64,000 nt of DNA from Eledone cirrhosa (lineage: Eukaryota). Each line of letters starts with the position of its first letter. Position 1 is the first letter of the stretch. The stretch covers positions 40,052,001 to 40,116,000 of the forward strand of contig OZ024742.1 of assembly GCA_964016885.1 (NCBI GenBank), read 5' to 3'. Positions 1 through 12,785 of this stretch are shown in pieces. The translations under genes were made by a program, and so were the position numbers. A model generated the notes under the pieces. The model had not been told where the DNA came from, searched no databases, and worked only from the letters and a program-made list of their open reading frames with translations.

Positions 1-374
1 AACCTATTTCAGCTTGTTGACGCAGTATAAGCAAGTGTTATTAACCATAACCTCGGACGTCTCATGCTTTGTGAGTGAAATTGGGTTAATGGAAACTGTT
101 TGGAAGTCAGCCGGATTGACTGCACCTGTAATTCAAAGCGCCAGCCTTATCACACACTATGTCACGCTGAATCTCCCTGACAACTAGGGTACACATGTCT
201 GTGGAATGCTCTACATTTTGCATGTTAATTTCAGAAGCAGGCTGTTCTGCTGCTCGATTTGTTTTTAATGGTTTGAACTAAATATGTTGAGGCAAGGGCC
301 TTGTTTCAGGGGGGTACCAGGGGACAAGTCCCCCACTTTTTCAAAAGTCTATATTTTATTTCTTGTTTATTTGA

Positions 375-560
375 TATAATTGTTTCTACTTTTGGCACAA
401 GGCCAGCAATTATTCCAGTGTATTACTGGTACTTTATTTTATCGACCCCGTAAGGATGAAAGGCAAAGTTAACCTCGGCGGGATTTGAACTCAGACCATA
501 AAGGGCCGTAACTCTTTGCTGCAAAGCATGGGGTCCGACCCTCTACCGATACTGCCATAT
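375..560 (-). mobile_element. tRNA-derived SINE (family A), inserted into a probable MITE
   Basis: Reverse complement of the repeated unit GGCAGTATCGGTAGAG...GAGTTCAAATCCCGCCGAGG (B-box)...GGGGTCGATAAAATAAAGTACCAG; flanked by the near-duplicated ATTTGATATAA. Confidence 0.8.
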
Positions 561-984
561 ATTTGATATAAATTCTTTTTAGGCTTATTTTTTTTTTATC
601 TGAACTTCATTTGAATATATAAAATTTGATTAGCATAAAATGTTATTTATGTGATAGGGTCCTGGAAAGGCACCGTGAGCAATTTTTGCTCCTTTAAGAA
701 TTAACAAATGTTGGTTCCCCCCTCTCATTTTAAAGGCAAACGAGGCCCCTCTGTTCAGGGATTTAGCAGGTTTTGTCAAAAAATGAATAACGTAGACTAA
801 AATAACAATGGAGCCAGTTGTTTTTGTATCACCCAGTATATAGTTTAAACTTAGCTATCGATGTTTATCTTTTACTGTTATATTTTTACTATATGTCCGG
901 GCTAAGTGAATATTTTGTATGGTATGATATGGTTTTTGTCCTGGGGATATTTGGCTGTATCCCAGACTTTATTAGTAATGCACA

Positions 985-1225
985 GGGATAATTGCTGACC
1001 TTGTGCCAAAAGTAGAAACAGTTATTATGTGCCAGAGTAGATTAGCAGTATCGGTAGAGGGTCGGGCCCCATGCTTTGCAGCATAGAGTTACGGCCCTTT
1101 ATGATCTGAGTTCAAATCCCGCCGAGGCTAAATTTGTCTTTCATATTTATGGGGTCGATAAAATAAAGTACCAGTAATACACTGGGATAATTGGTGGCCT
1201 TGCGCCAAAAGTAGAAACAATTATA
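985..1225 (+). mobile_element. tRNA-derived SINE (family A), preceded by an extra 3' tail copy
   Basis: GAGTTCAAATCCCGCCGAGG B-box, the same body as other copies, and tail TTGCGCCAAAAGTAGAAACAATT. Confidence 0.8.
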
Positions 1226-1453
1226 TATCAGGAGAAAATATTTAGCTTGTACGTCTTTGTTGCTGCCTCTTTTTTCCATATAAAACAAGTAACACTCAAA
1301 GACCAACCAGATGTGAGAAAAACCACAGACCCTCCATCTTAACTCTACTTTTGAAAAGCAGAAAAACTGCGAAACCGGTAAAAGAACCAAATAAATATAT
1401 ATATTTAAAAAAAAAAAGAGTCCAGTTGCATTTTCGATTTCATCTTTTTTCCT

Positions 1454-1454
<1 letters not shown>

Positions 1455-1491
<37 letters not shown>

Positions 1492-1523
1492 ATATATATT
1501 TATATTATATATATATATATATT

Positions 1524-1571
<48 letters not shown>

Positions 1572-1606
1572 TATATATATATATATATAATATATATATA
1601 TATAAT

Positions 1607-1661
<55 letters not shown>

Positions 1662-1880
1662 ATATATATATATATATATAATATATATATTATATATATA
1701 TATATATACATATATATTATATATTATATATATATATATATTATATATATATACATATATAATATATATATATATATAAAGGTTTACATATATATAATAT
1801 ATATATATATATATATACATACATATATATAATATATATATATATATATACATATATATAATATATATATATATATAAAG

Positions 1881-1917
<37 letters not shown>

Positions 1918-1961
1918 TTGTAACGGGTCACTTTATCTGGTGATTCTATAGACATGTTTTA

Positions 1962-2026
<65 letters not shown>

Positions 2027-2103
2027 ATTATATATTATATATATATATTATATATATACATATATATTATATATATATTATATATATATATTATATATAT
2101 ACA

Positions 2104-2174
<71 letters not shown>

Positions 2175-2275
2175 TATATACATATATATATATTGAGACG
2201 AAGAGAAACCGAGAAAGAGAGATACATAGATATGTATTCACAAATAAAACTACAAAAATGATTAAAAATTGCACT

Positions 2276-2368
<93 letters not shown>

Positions 2369-2370
2369 GA
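1455..2370. repeat. Compound (TA)n/(GA)n microsatellite block
   Basis: Directly visible; explains the YIYI and ERER pseudo-ORFs. Confidence 0.95.
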
Positions 2371-3097
2371 GAGAGAAAGAGCGATAGAGAAAGAGAGAGA
2401 CACATAGATATGTGTTCACAAATAAATCTACAAAAACCTATAAAAATTGCTCTTCAAAAAAAAAATATATATATATATATATATAAGGGAAGCCGTAATC
2501 TTTTAAGATCTGAAGCGCTTTTGTTACTTTTCTCTCTGAAGTTCGATGGCAATGTAACTTATGTATTTCTAGTGAATAGATCAAAAGCTCTCTTTTTGTT
2601 GTTCTTGTGCCGTGCTTGACAAGAAAGGCAGTCATATTCTATATTTATATATTTATTTATCTTTACTTGATCTTTTCTTCGTTCTTATAAATATATCTTT
2701 TAGCGAAGCAAATAATTTTTTTCCAACATCTAAATTGTGAAGTTATCTCAAGTGTTTCTTCGTCAGACAACAACAAAGTAATATAAAGACACTAAATGGT
2801 CTCCCTTGCGGATTCAACCTCTTACATCTAGAATATAATTTACATATTTATTATATTTTCTTTTTATTTGTTTATTATTTTAATCTTGGCTGGATTTTTC
2901 TCTCATCTATTTCTTCACTAAATTTATAAATTTCTTATATATTTATTGTATATTAGTTATGTTCTATATATTCAGTTTCTTTATCTAGTCTGTTCCTAAC
3001 GATATACTGTCCATAGGTTTAAGACGGTAAAATATTGATGTGTCCAATATCCATGTGTATGTATGATATATATATATATATACTCTATATATATATA

Positions 3098-3302
3098 GGA
3101 GAAAGTATGAACCCGACGGCAGAGCTCAAACCGTTTCGACGGCTATTTCTGGACTAAACCCTTTAGTCCAGAAATAGGTCGAAACGGCTTGAGCTCTGCC
3201 GTCGGGGTCATACTTTCTCCTATTACCCACTCTACTACCCTAAGTATTGAGTACTCTGGTGCGTTATGGTCCATCTAGTTCCTTACCACAACTCCTTCGT
3301 TA
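3098..3302 (+). mobile_element. Fold-back short element carrying the 3' half of a hammerhead (CCGTCGAAACGGC family, copy 1)
   Basis: Inverted repeat about 3098-3222 centred on GGACTAAA-CCC-TTTAGTCC, then a unique tail; homologous to 6803-7010, 25062-25257 and 53268-53463. Confidence 0.75.
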
Positions 3303-3456
3303 TATGTATATATTAAAGAGTTAAACAAGATTCAATGAGTATATCAAAGAATGAGTTTTACAGTAGATTGGAAGCACTCTATGGTAAAATAATTTTCCAG
3401 AGTTATTAATATTAAAATACAAATATCAATAAAATAGATGTTCTTTTGATCAATTA

Positions 3457-3511
3457 CATTTTATTATACATATTTCGGATGTACAACAGTACGTCCTCAT
3501 CAGACAAAATA
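3457..3511 (-). ncRNA. Minimal type I hammerhead ribozyme
   Basis: Minus strand reads UAUUUUGU CUGAUGA GGAcGUAC uguu GUACaUCC GAAA UAUGUA UA^AUAAAAUG; stems I and II pair and the core is canonical. Confidence 0.85.
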
Positions 3512-4996
3512 TAATGATACATGACATACCCTGAGATGTTAAATGGTTAAGATTTAATCAAGGTAGTGATTAACCTAAGAGAAAGTTTAACATTCATACC
3601 CTAATAATGAGAAAATGCGAAAACGTAATAAATTCAATAGAGAATGTGTGAGTAAGAAAAACGTTGCTTAATGTAATAGTTATAGAGATTTTAAAATGTA
3701 TGAAACTACAATTTATCAGGGAAAGCGGTCAATGAGAACCGCTGAGATAGTATATATATAGAGAGGGAAGATAAGTGGTAATATATGTAGGAGATTTTCC
3801 GAAAGATAAACGGTTAAGTTTGAAAATATTTAATTTATGCTATTTTAGGGTGAAGAATCAAGATTTTAGGGTTTTTTTTTTAAATTGCAGGTTATTTATT
3901 AGTTTTGTAAATTCAATAAGTGTTTTAACATTTCTAAACTTCGGAATTTTATGAGGATAACTTTTAAAGGTGAATTATAACTTAAAAAGTGAATTATTCT
4001 CTAGTTGCCTCCACAAAGCTACGTCCACATTCTTAGCCTCCCACAAAAAGAGAGAAAAAAGAAAGAAAAAAAAAGAGAAAGAAACACTTAACCATTAAAA
4101 AGTTGGTTGTGAGACGTATATAATCAACAGGGGAAAACATTAATGGCCTTTAATATTGCATTATCTTATAATCTATCTATAGAAGAAATAACGCTTGAAT
4201 GAAAAACACTTGTTCAATAACATGCCGGAACATTGATATACATAACATAATATTATAATTATTAATTTTGATCCATACCATTATTTCTTTATTTCTCTAT
4301 CTTTATCTTCCTACCTAAGGTTTAAATTTTAGTTTAATATCCAACCCATGCATTTTTATGGAACTTATTTCTAACTGTGAATTTTTCATGTGTTTTTGAT
4401 TATTATTTATTTCGAACTATGAATAATTAATGCATTTACACCCTGTTATATTGGTATATATTTAACTTTGCATGCCTCAATCTATTATATTTTTTTCGTT
4501 ATCATTTACCTAAAATATACTGCCTCATTAATAAATATCTATATCATAATCGTTAATTAAATATTTCTAACAATAAGTACTTCATAAGATTTACATACCA
4601 TATGTTGACAATGATTATCTTCGGTAAAGTTTACATTTAGGAAAATATTCAACAGTGTAAACTTTCCTTGCTTTTCTTATATATATGTATTTAACTATAA
4701 CAAGTTTCGAACTTTATTATATAAAATTATAACCGTTATCATTTACCTAAAGTATGCTGTATCAATAATACCTAATTTATATCAATAATACCTAATTTAT
4801 ATCCATATAAACCTCCATGTATCATTTTATACATAATTTTTAGTTAAATTTATTGATTATCATTTATTTTGAACTATGAATAATCAATGCATTTACACCC
4901 TTTTATATATACGTATATATTTAACTTTAGCATGCCTCAATCTATTATTTTATTTTTATTTTCGTTATCATTTACCTAAAATATACAGGCTCATTA

Positions 4997-5057
<61 letters not shown>

Positions 5058-5658
5058 ATAGTTATTTAAATATTTCTAACAATAAGTACTTCATAAGATT
5101 TACATACTATATATGTTGACAATGAATATCTCCGGTAAAGTTTACATTTAGAAAAATATTGGACAGTGTAAACTTTCCTTTCCGCTGGCCAGCTAAATCC
5201 TTTCAAAGTTATCCTCATAAAATTCCGAAGTTTAGAAATGTTAAAACACTTATTGAATTTACAAAACTAATAAATAACCTGCAATTTAAAAAAAAAAACC
5301 CTAAAATCTTGATTCTTCACCCTAAAATAGCATAAATTAAATATTTTCAAACTTAACCGTTTATCTTTCGGAAAATCTCCTACATATATTACCACTTATC
5401 TTCCCTCTCTATATATATACTATCTCAGCGGCTCTCATTGACCGCTTTCCCTGATAAATTGTAGTTTCATACATTTTAAAATCTCTATAACTGTTACATT
5501 AAGCAACGTTTTTCCTACTCACACATTCTCTATTGAATTTATTACGTTTTCGCATTTTCTCATTATTAGGGTATAAATGTTAAACTTTCTCTTAGGTTAA
5601 TCACTACCTTGATTAAATCTTAACCATTTAACATCTCAGGGTATGTCATGTATCATTA

Positions 5659-5713
5659 TATTTTGTCTAATGAGGACGTACTGTTGTACATCTGAAATAT
5701 GTATAATAAAATG
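5659..5713 (+). ncRNA. Hammerhead, inverted copy with core mutation (CUAAUGA)
   Basis: Same sequence as 3457-3511 but with G5A, so likely inactive. Confidence 0.7.
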
Positions 5714-5760
5714 GAATTGATCAAAAGAACATCTATTTTATTAATATTTGTATTTTAATA

Positions 5761-5798
<38 letters not shown>

Positions 5799-5884
5799 TG
5801 AGTGTGTGTGTGTATATACGTATATACTTGGGATAGTGTGCTGTCGAAACGGCAAGAGCTCAGCCGTCCGGCCCTGACTACTAC

Positions 5885-5972
<88 letters not shown>

Positions 5973-6059
5973 TATATATATATATATATGCTTGGTGGTC
6001 ATCGATCGATCCAGTTCGTTTGTAAACCAGCATAACATGAAAAAATTATATATTTTCTA

Positions 6060-6141
6060 TATTTGTTGTCTGAGGAGGACATGTTTTGCTTCATGTTATA
6101 CATAAAACTTTGCATCTTCGAAATATATATATAATGAAATA
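6060..6141 (+). ncRNA. Minimal hammerhead with long stem II loop
   Basis: UUGU CUGAGGA GGAcAUG...CAUcUUC GAAA UAUAUAUA UA^AUGAAAUA; same family as 3457 and 31436. Confidence 0.65.
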
Positions 6142-6179
6142 AATAGGAATAATATAAAGTGTATATCTTTCATTTATTA

Positions 6180-6245
<66 letters not shown>

Positions 6246-6283
6246 TTCCGTAGGAAGGGTAAAGGAAAGGAGAGTGGTCTATG

Positions 6284-6322
<39 letters not shown>

Positions 6323-6448
6323 ATAATGAAATAAATAGAGATGATATTTATTTCAATATATATATACGTATATTACAATTTATATATATATTGTAATATG
6401 TCCAATAAATTTTATTCGTCGCAACACTGATTCTCCGTTTCTTATGTG

Positions 6449-6504
<56 letters not shown>

Positions 6505-6615
6505 ATTTCTAATTTTTACTGGACCGGCAATTGCTCTGTATAATCAGTTCCTGATTATTACTGGAATTCTATAAGAATTCAGCTTCGATAAGTCTCGGAA
6601 GAAGCGGAGGGATAA

Positions 6616-6660
6616 GCAATCTTGATAACCGTTAACAAACGAGAAACAGCTGTCGGTTGC
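6616..6660 (+). ncRNA. Hammerhead with U3-A8 variant core
   Basis: GCAAUC UUGAUAA cCGUU aaca AACGa GAAA CAGCUG UC^GGUUGC; 6-bp stem I and palindromic ACAGCUGU stem III. Confidence 0.7.
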
Positions 6661-6802
6661 TTCTCTTTGATTTTGCCGAGACAAAGTAAGTGACTACGTC
6701 ACTTCTTTAAAACTCATAGCGAATGGTCTTCAAAATGTTTTTAAATAAACATACAGTATATTATCAAATATACTATACATACATTCATATATATATATAT
6801 AT

Positions 6803-7005
6803 AACGAAGGAAATGTGGTAAGGAACCAGGTGGACCATAACGCACCAAAGTACTCAATACTTAGGGTAGTAGAGTGGGTAATAGGAACGAGTAGGACCCC
6901 GACGGTTGAGCTCAAGCCGTTTCGACGGCTAATTCTGGACTAAAATCAGTCCAGAATTTTAGTCCAGAATTAGCCGTCGAAACAGCCGTCGGGGTCCTAC
7001 TCGTT

Positions 7006-7010
<5 letters not shown>
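6803..7010 (-). mobile_element. Fold-back half-hammerhead element (CCGTCGAAACGGC family, copy 2)
   Basis: Reverse-complement copy of the 25062-25257 element; inversion centre lies in the GGACTAAAA/TTTTAGTCC hairpin. Confidence 0.75.
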
Positions 7011-7050
<40 letters not shown>

Positions 7051-7060
7051 ATAATGCCAG

Positions 7061-7137
7061 GTCGCTCTCGAGTGCTACTGGTAACATGTAACCCAGTACA
7101 ACCTCCCTCGTGGTCAGGTCGTCGGTGACTAAACCGG
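7061..7137 (+). ncRNA. Candidate HDV-like ribozyme (degenerate) at the 5' end of an RTE-type repeat
   Basis: P2 CCAGU, P3 ACC/GGU around L3 UCCCUCGU, P1' GGUCGUC, GG, J4/2 CUAA, P2' ACCGG; the 5' strand of P1 (GUCGCUC) pairs only 5 of 7. Confidence 0.5.
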
Positions 7138-7805
7138 AACCCCACCAAGCTTGCTTGGTGGTGAGGAGGGTGATATTTGGACACCCTGCGGGATGAAATA
7201 CAAGACCCAGCAAAGGGCTGAGTAACTCAGCAGAGTCAACGGCCAACCAAATAACACTATTTTTTTTTTCAAGGAGAAGGAAATTCTGAAAAAGACCCAA
7301 AAAACAAACAAACAAACACTGGGGCTTTGGAAGCATCCGATGATGTTGACCTGTTCTCCTTTTCGGGTGGTGTTTGCGATTCAGAGAGTGGGTTTGGCCT
7401 TTTCCCCACTAAAAAAAACCCCTTCAAATCACAAGCATTGCTTGTTCAGGATATGTTACAGATTCATGTGGTTGGCCGTAGCCTAAAAGTGCACCATTTT
7501 CTGTAATCTGACAAGCAATTGCAATACTTACAGACTTTGCAGTGTATGGTGTCCGCCTTAACCTGTTTTGCTCGATAACCAAAAGAGCTTAAATAATCAA
7601 AATAATTGAAATAACTCGATAAGCAGAGCTATTTATCAAATTACAAAATATGATTTCGCTTCAAGTATAGCTTTATACAAATATGTATAGAAATTTCGTA
7701 TTTCTAAAGAAACAGTATGTTTACAAATAACATTTAGGAAGCCGTAGCAATGCAAATACCGGGACTAACGCCCTCCGATGGTGTCCAGTAGAAGCAAGGG
7801 GGACA

Positions 7806-7849
7806 ACCGTCCATGTATTTCAGGCTTGACTGGCCTTCATCAGGACGGT
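7806..7849 (-). ncRNA. Hammerhead with G at the cleavage position
   Basis: ACCGUC CUGAUGA AGGC cagucaa GCCU GAAA UACA UG^GACGGU; perfect 6-bp stem I; N17=G is normally not cleaved. Confidence 0.7.
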
Positions 7850-7899
7850 CCCTCCCACAGCTTGCAACTCATACCCTGTTTCTTTAGAAATACGAAATT

Positions 7900-8039
<140 letters not shown>

Positions 8040-8214
8040 TAGGTAGGTAGGTAAATAGATTGATAGGCACGGATAGATAAATAGTTATATATAGATGTAT
8101 AAAATCTGTGATAGATAGATGGTTATAGATAATTGCGACACAAACAGTGAACATCTTGACTAAACTCTGTGAGAGAGACAGGGAGGAAGATATCAAATTA
8201 CCATTTCCCTGTTA

Positions 8215-8690
8215 GAGTTAGCAGAAAGTAGTTGTCACAAAACGAGTTTCCTATCATTTGAAGGCTAAGATCTTTGATACTTACATCCTACCAGTTGTGT
8301 TATATGGTCTTGACTGTGTTAATTGGACGACAAGGTCACTTCAGAAGCTCTCTATATTCCAGAACTACATCATAAGACTTATGACTGGCAAGCAGCTCAG
8401 CGACCGTATCTGTATCAGTGAGCTGCTCAACATTACCAAACTTAGACCAATTACATCAATTGTCAAGTCAAGAGTACACAAAATATGTGGTCATATAAAA
8501 AGATCAACTTGTGGTGTGAATAGGTTATGCTTGGATGAAGGTCGGCTGGTAAGAGAAGCAGAGGCTGGCAGCCAAAACGATGGCTTGACAATGTCAACTT
8601 ATGAACTGGACTTGATCTTTGCTCTTTGAACTCTGTTGCTGGTGATCGAACTTTTTGGAGAGAGATATCTCATGTTAATGCGGAGTCTGA
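8215..8690 (+). pseudogene. RTE-like LINE 3' ORF fragment
   Basis: ORF 8258-8629 KAKIFDTYILPVVLYGLDCVNW...GHIKR resembles the RTE C-terminal region (LPVLLYG.E.W, WFGHI.R). Confidence 0.7.
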
Positions 8691-9379
8691 AACTGGCAGA
8701 GTTTAGCGTCACAAGAGTTGTCAGATGACCGTGCATTTTCTTATTACAGATATATACATACCTAAATGCATAAATTTCCATCGCTTTCGACGATCAGAAT
8801 TCAACTGATAGTCCAACTCGTGATTTTCCTGTAAGTGGTTGAATATTCTTACAGACACCTGTGCCCGTCAGGTAATTAAGAATCTACAGGGGCGATGGAA
8901 CTGGGGGGAACCAGGTGGGCCATGCCCCCACCCCCATAATTATATTTTTCTCCCCAAACTACCAAAACACACATCTATTTGTATATGCGCTACAATTTAT
9001 GTAGATGTTATGTTTATCGCATATCGAAGTTTTCTGATCATTTAAGATTACAAACAGCTAAACTAATCACTACAACGAAATGCTTCCATCGCCACTGATT
9101 TAGACCTTTGAATTACAAGTACCACGGGCTTCTAAACTATTTCCGTTTACCTCAATTTCATTGTCAAGGCTTGGTTCTACTGGCATCTATGGAAAATATA
9201 CTTGCAGGAAATACGAAAAAGTAAGGTAGAACCCGAAACTTCACGACTCAGAAGAAAATTTCTTAAACACTCAACCATACATGCAATCGATAAAATACGT
9301 ACCAGACACGAAAAGAAGAAAAAAAAAGGCTGGTGTAGATTAAGTTTACAACGTTAAAGTTATTCCCAAGTCAGGAAAC

Positions 9380-9560
9380 TCTGACCCGAGCTTATCCTGG
9401 TTTCGTTGCTATTAAAGGATTGGAAATACGCCCCCTGGATAGGACACCAGTCCGTCGCAGGGTTAACTTTCAGCTGCCGCTGGTACTCATTTTCAGTTGA
9501 TTTGACTGGAGCAAAATGAAATGAAGTGTTTTGTCAACAATAGAAAGCGCAACTGGGTTG
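9380..9560 (-). mobile_element. SINE family B fragment
   Basis: Shares GACTGGAGCAA..TGAAAT.AAGTGT with the copies at 27730, 48315, 52440 and 52825. Confidence 0.55.
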
Positions 9561-9668
9561 AATTGATAGACTAAATTCTATCAAGGTAGTGACCCAGCAT
9601 GGCCGCAGTTAAATGACTAAAAGCAGTAACATAAAAAAAGAAATATCTCATCATCTCCTTATAATATA

Positions 9669-10328
9669 CTAGCAGTAAAGCCCGGCGTTGCTCGGGGTCG
9701 CTCAGTAGCTGTGTTAAAGTTACAATGTTAAGTTTCTTTTTTGGCTTAAAGTCTGTCTGCATGACTGTCTGTCTGCACGCCTAACGAAATTTACAGATAC
9801 ATATATTTTAAATAAACTTATATAATTTTTGCTTTTTTTTTACGAAATATTTGCTTGTTTTACGTAGTCTTTAAATAGACTCGTTTTCAAGTAAAAATAT
9901 TGTTTTAAAAGGCTTTTAAATGGAAATGAAGCAAAACGGAAGCTTAGTGTTCGAACTGATGAATTTTGCAGGTCAAAATTTTGCTGGCTCGACAACTGTT
10001 CGTGTATTGTGTTAATGTCATTTTAAACGGTGAGAAAGCCAGCGTAATTTTTTTAATTTTTGCACGCAGAAAATGTAAACAGAACGTAAGACGCTCAATG
10101 TAAACAGAACAAAGGGAAATAACTCGTCACTTACGCTCAAAAATCGATACATTAGATTCGATTTCGTCACATAGGGTGGGTCAATTTGAAATATTTTTTT
10201 CCGATGTCTTCGCTAGGGCTCAATGTACAAGTATAGCAATTTCGGTGCAATTCCGTCAGAGATTCTAAGAGGAGATGTGTGCCAAAAATCGATAGACAGA
10301 CAGACAACCACAGCTTTATATATATAGA
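9669..10328 (-). mobile_element. Non-autonomous Helitron
   Basis: Minus strand starts TCTATATATATAAAGCTG and ends with hairpin CCCGAGCAACGCCGGG plus CTAG; inserted between A and T. Confidence 0.8.
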
Positions 10329-10596
10329 TAACCAGCAATTTCTGTCTGTCTGTCCGACAGTGGAAACACGTGCGCGCGTGGTTGCTATCTCTTTCTCTCT
10401 CCAGCTATCCCTCTCTTTTAGTCTGTCTGTTTCTCTCACTCTCACTCTTTCTCTTTGTAACACACTAACATTCCTCCCCTCTATCGCTGTGACGAATGGG
10501 GAGATGGAGGAGGAGGAGGAGGAGAGAGTCACTTCGTCACTTCACCTCTGCCTTTCTTTCTCTCCCCGCTCACTCCCTCATTACGTACAGACATTA

Positions 10597-10790
10597 GGGC
10601 GGTGGATTGGCAGAATCTGTAGAGAGTCGGACACCATGCTTCATAGCATGGAGTTACGTCCCTTTACGGCCTGAATTCAAATACCGCCGAGGTTAACTTT
10701 GCCTTTCATCCTCACGGGGTCGATAAAATAAAGTACCAGTAATGTACTGGATAATTGCTGGCCATGTGCCAAAAGTAGAAACAATTATTA
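10597..10790 (+). mobile_element. tRNA-derived SINE (family A), full length
   Basis: GGCGGTGGATTGGCAG head, B-box-like GAATTCAAATACC and conserved tail. Confidence 0.8.
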
Positions 10791-10985
10791 GAAACATTGC
10801 TTCATTTTTACATATCTAAGCATTAGTAAAATAACTAATAATTTCAAAAGTAATTTTTCAATTCCAATTGTTATGAACAGCAAAAGATTAATAATAATTT
10901 TGTTCTAAGAAATATATATACATTTATGTGTGTGTAATATATATATATATATACACACAGAAATATATATACATTTCTGTGTGTG

Positions 10986-11032
<47 letters not shown>

Positions 11033-11058
11033 GAAATATATATACATTTCTGTGTGTG

Positions 11059-11107
<49 letters not shown>

Positions 11108-11632
11108 GAAATATATGGGCATTTCTCTGTTTGTCTGTCTGTCCTTCCCTAAAACTCAAATGTAGGTGCTACAGAAATATTACCTTCCCCTTACTTTCTC
11201 CACTTTGGTACTACCAAGAGAAACACTGTCGCTATAGAAACATTACCTTCCCCTCTCCACTGATTTTGGTCACTGAGGCCGAGGGAATCGCTGGTTGCTA
11301 TAGAGACACCTTGCACAAGCCAGAAGTAACCAGTTCGAGGCGGTTCTGACTTGACACCATGCCAAGGACCATTTGAAGATATATTTCCATCGTTATATCA
11401 TAACGTTTATATTTTCGTCACTAATCTCTTTTTCTCCTTTTTCGTTTTAACATATATTTATTTCAAAGATTTCACCGTATAGATAACATATATATTTATA
11501 CATGCATAAAAGACACACCGAGAGACGGTGAAAATGTGGTGCCGAAAACATTTCTCATCAAAATCTCAACAATATCAGTATATACACTAGATATGCTAGC
11601 AGAAAACCGCCCACCGGGTGGTTTTCTGCTAG

Positions 11633-12553
11633 TCTATATATATAAAACTGAGGATGTCTGTCTGTGTGTGTGTGTGTGAGTTTGAATCCCTAAAACTCGA
11701 GAACCACCCAACCGACTATTTTCAAACTTTACACATGTAATACTTATGTTTCAGGGAGTGTTCTGAGCAAAAGAGCAAAAGAAATTTCAAATGTTCAATG
11801 CCCTAGGGACCGCATTAGGCGATTTAGTAATCTCTCTCTATAATTCTTAGTCTGTCTCTTTTTAGATAGATACATACATATAACGTCGCGCCCTTATAAT
11901 ATCTGTCTGTATGTCTGGCTGTCTGCATTACGTCACTTCCCTGAGGATGTCTGTCTGTGAGTTTGAATCCCTAAAACTCGAGAAGTACCCAACCGATTTC
12001 TTTGAAACTTTACATATGTATTACTTGTTTCAGGGAGTGTTATGCACATAAAAAAATTTAACTTTTTGATCTCCTAGGGCCCGCATTAGGTGAAAAACTG
12101 CGTTTTTTAAGGATTTTAAGGGTTTTTTGAGGCGCTACGTCAGACCGATTTCTGAAATTGTAAATATGTATTAGTCAGTCTCTTCTTCGTACCATGAGCA
12201 AAGAAAATCCACTTTTTTATGGCCTAGGGCCCGCATTAGGTGAAAAATTTCATTTTTTTCAGCTTTTTAGGGCTTTTTTGAGGCGTTACGTCTAGCCGAT
12301 TTCCCCGAAATTTCAAGGCATATTATGCACATAAAAAAAATTCATTTTCTTGATCCCCTAGGGCCCGCATTAGGTTAAAACCTGCATTTTTCCTGCTTCA
12401 TCGAGGAAAATCTTAAAGATTATCCAGCCATCAGAGTATTCGATTTATTTTCTTTACATATTGTCCAGGCATGCAGTTTTTCCACGATTAGGTCTGTTGG
12501 TGGCCCACCTTCCAAAATACCTTAACCCGTGCAACGCCGGGTACCACTGTTAG
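11633..12553 (+). mobile_element. Non-autonomous Helitron with internal repeats of about 120 bp
   Basis: Starts TCTATATATATAAAACTG and ends with hairpin CCCGTGCAACGCCGGG plus TTAG; CCTAGGG(A/C)CCGCATTAGG occurs four times. Confidence 0.75.
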
Positions 12554-12594
12554 TAAATGATAAAGAGTACCATGAATGATTTTCAGTATGAATA

Positions 12595-12785
12595 GGGTGT
12601 CGGACAGCATGCTTTTCAGCATAGAGTTGCGGCCCTTTACGTTCTGAGTTAAAATCCCACTGAGGTTAGCTTTGCCTTTCATCCCTACGAGGTCGATGAA
12701 ATAAAGTACCAGTCAAATACTGGGTCTTAGATCGAGTTTCCCCTCCCCCCAAATTGTTGGCCTTGTGCCTAGATCAGAAACGAAT
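12595..12785 (+). mobile_element. tRNA-derived SINE (family A variant)
   Basis: Homologous body TTTGCCTTTCATCC..GAGGTCGAT.AAATAAAGTACCAG. Confidence 0.7.

Larger units (their letters stand above)
3310..5761 (-). mobile_element. Non-coding Penelope-type element with about 560-bp inverted arms (3408-3970 and 5199-5761), each ending in a hammerhead
   Basis: Arms are near-perfect reverse complements; interior is AT-rich with an internal direct duplication (about 4400-4670 and 4860-5180); flanked by TA tracts. Confidence 0.7.

Noticed and set aside
2690-2775. CUGACGA on the minus strand
   Set aside because: No properly placed GAAA and no convincing stems II or III.
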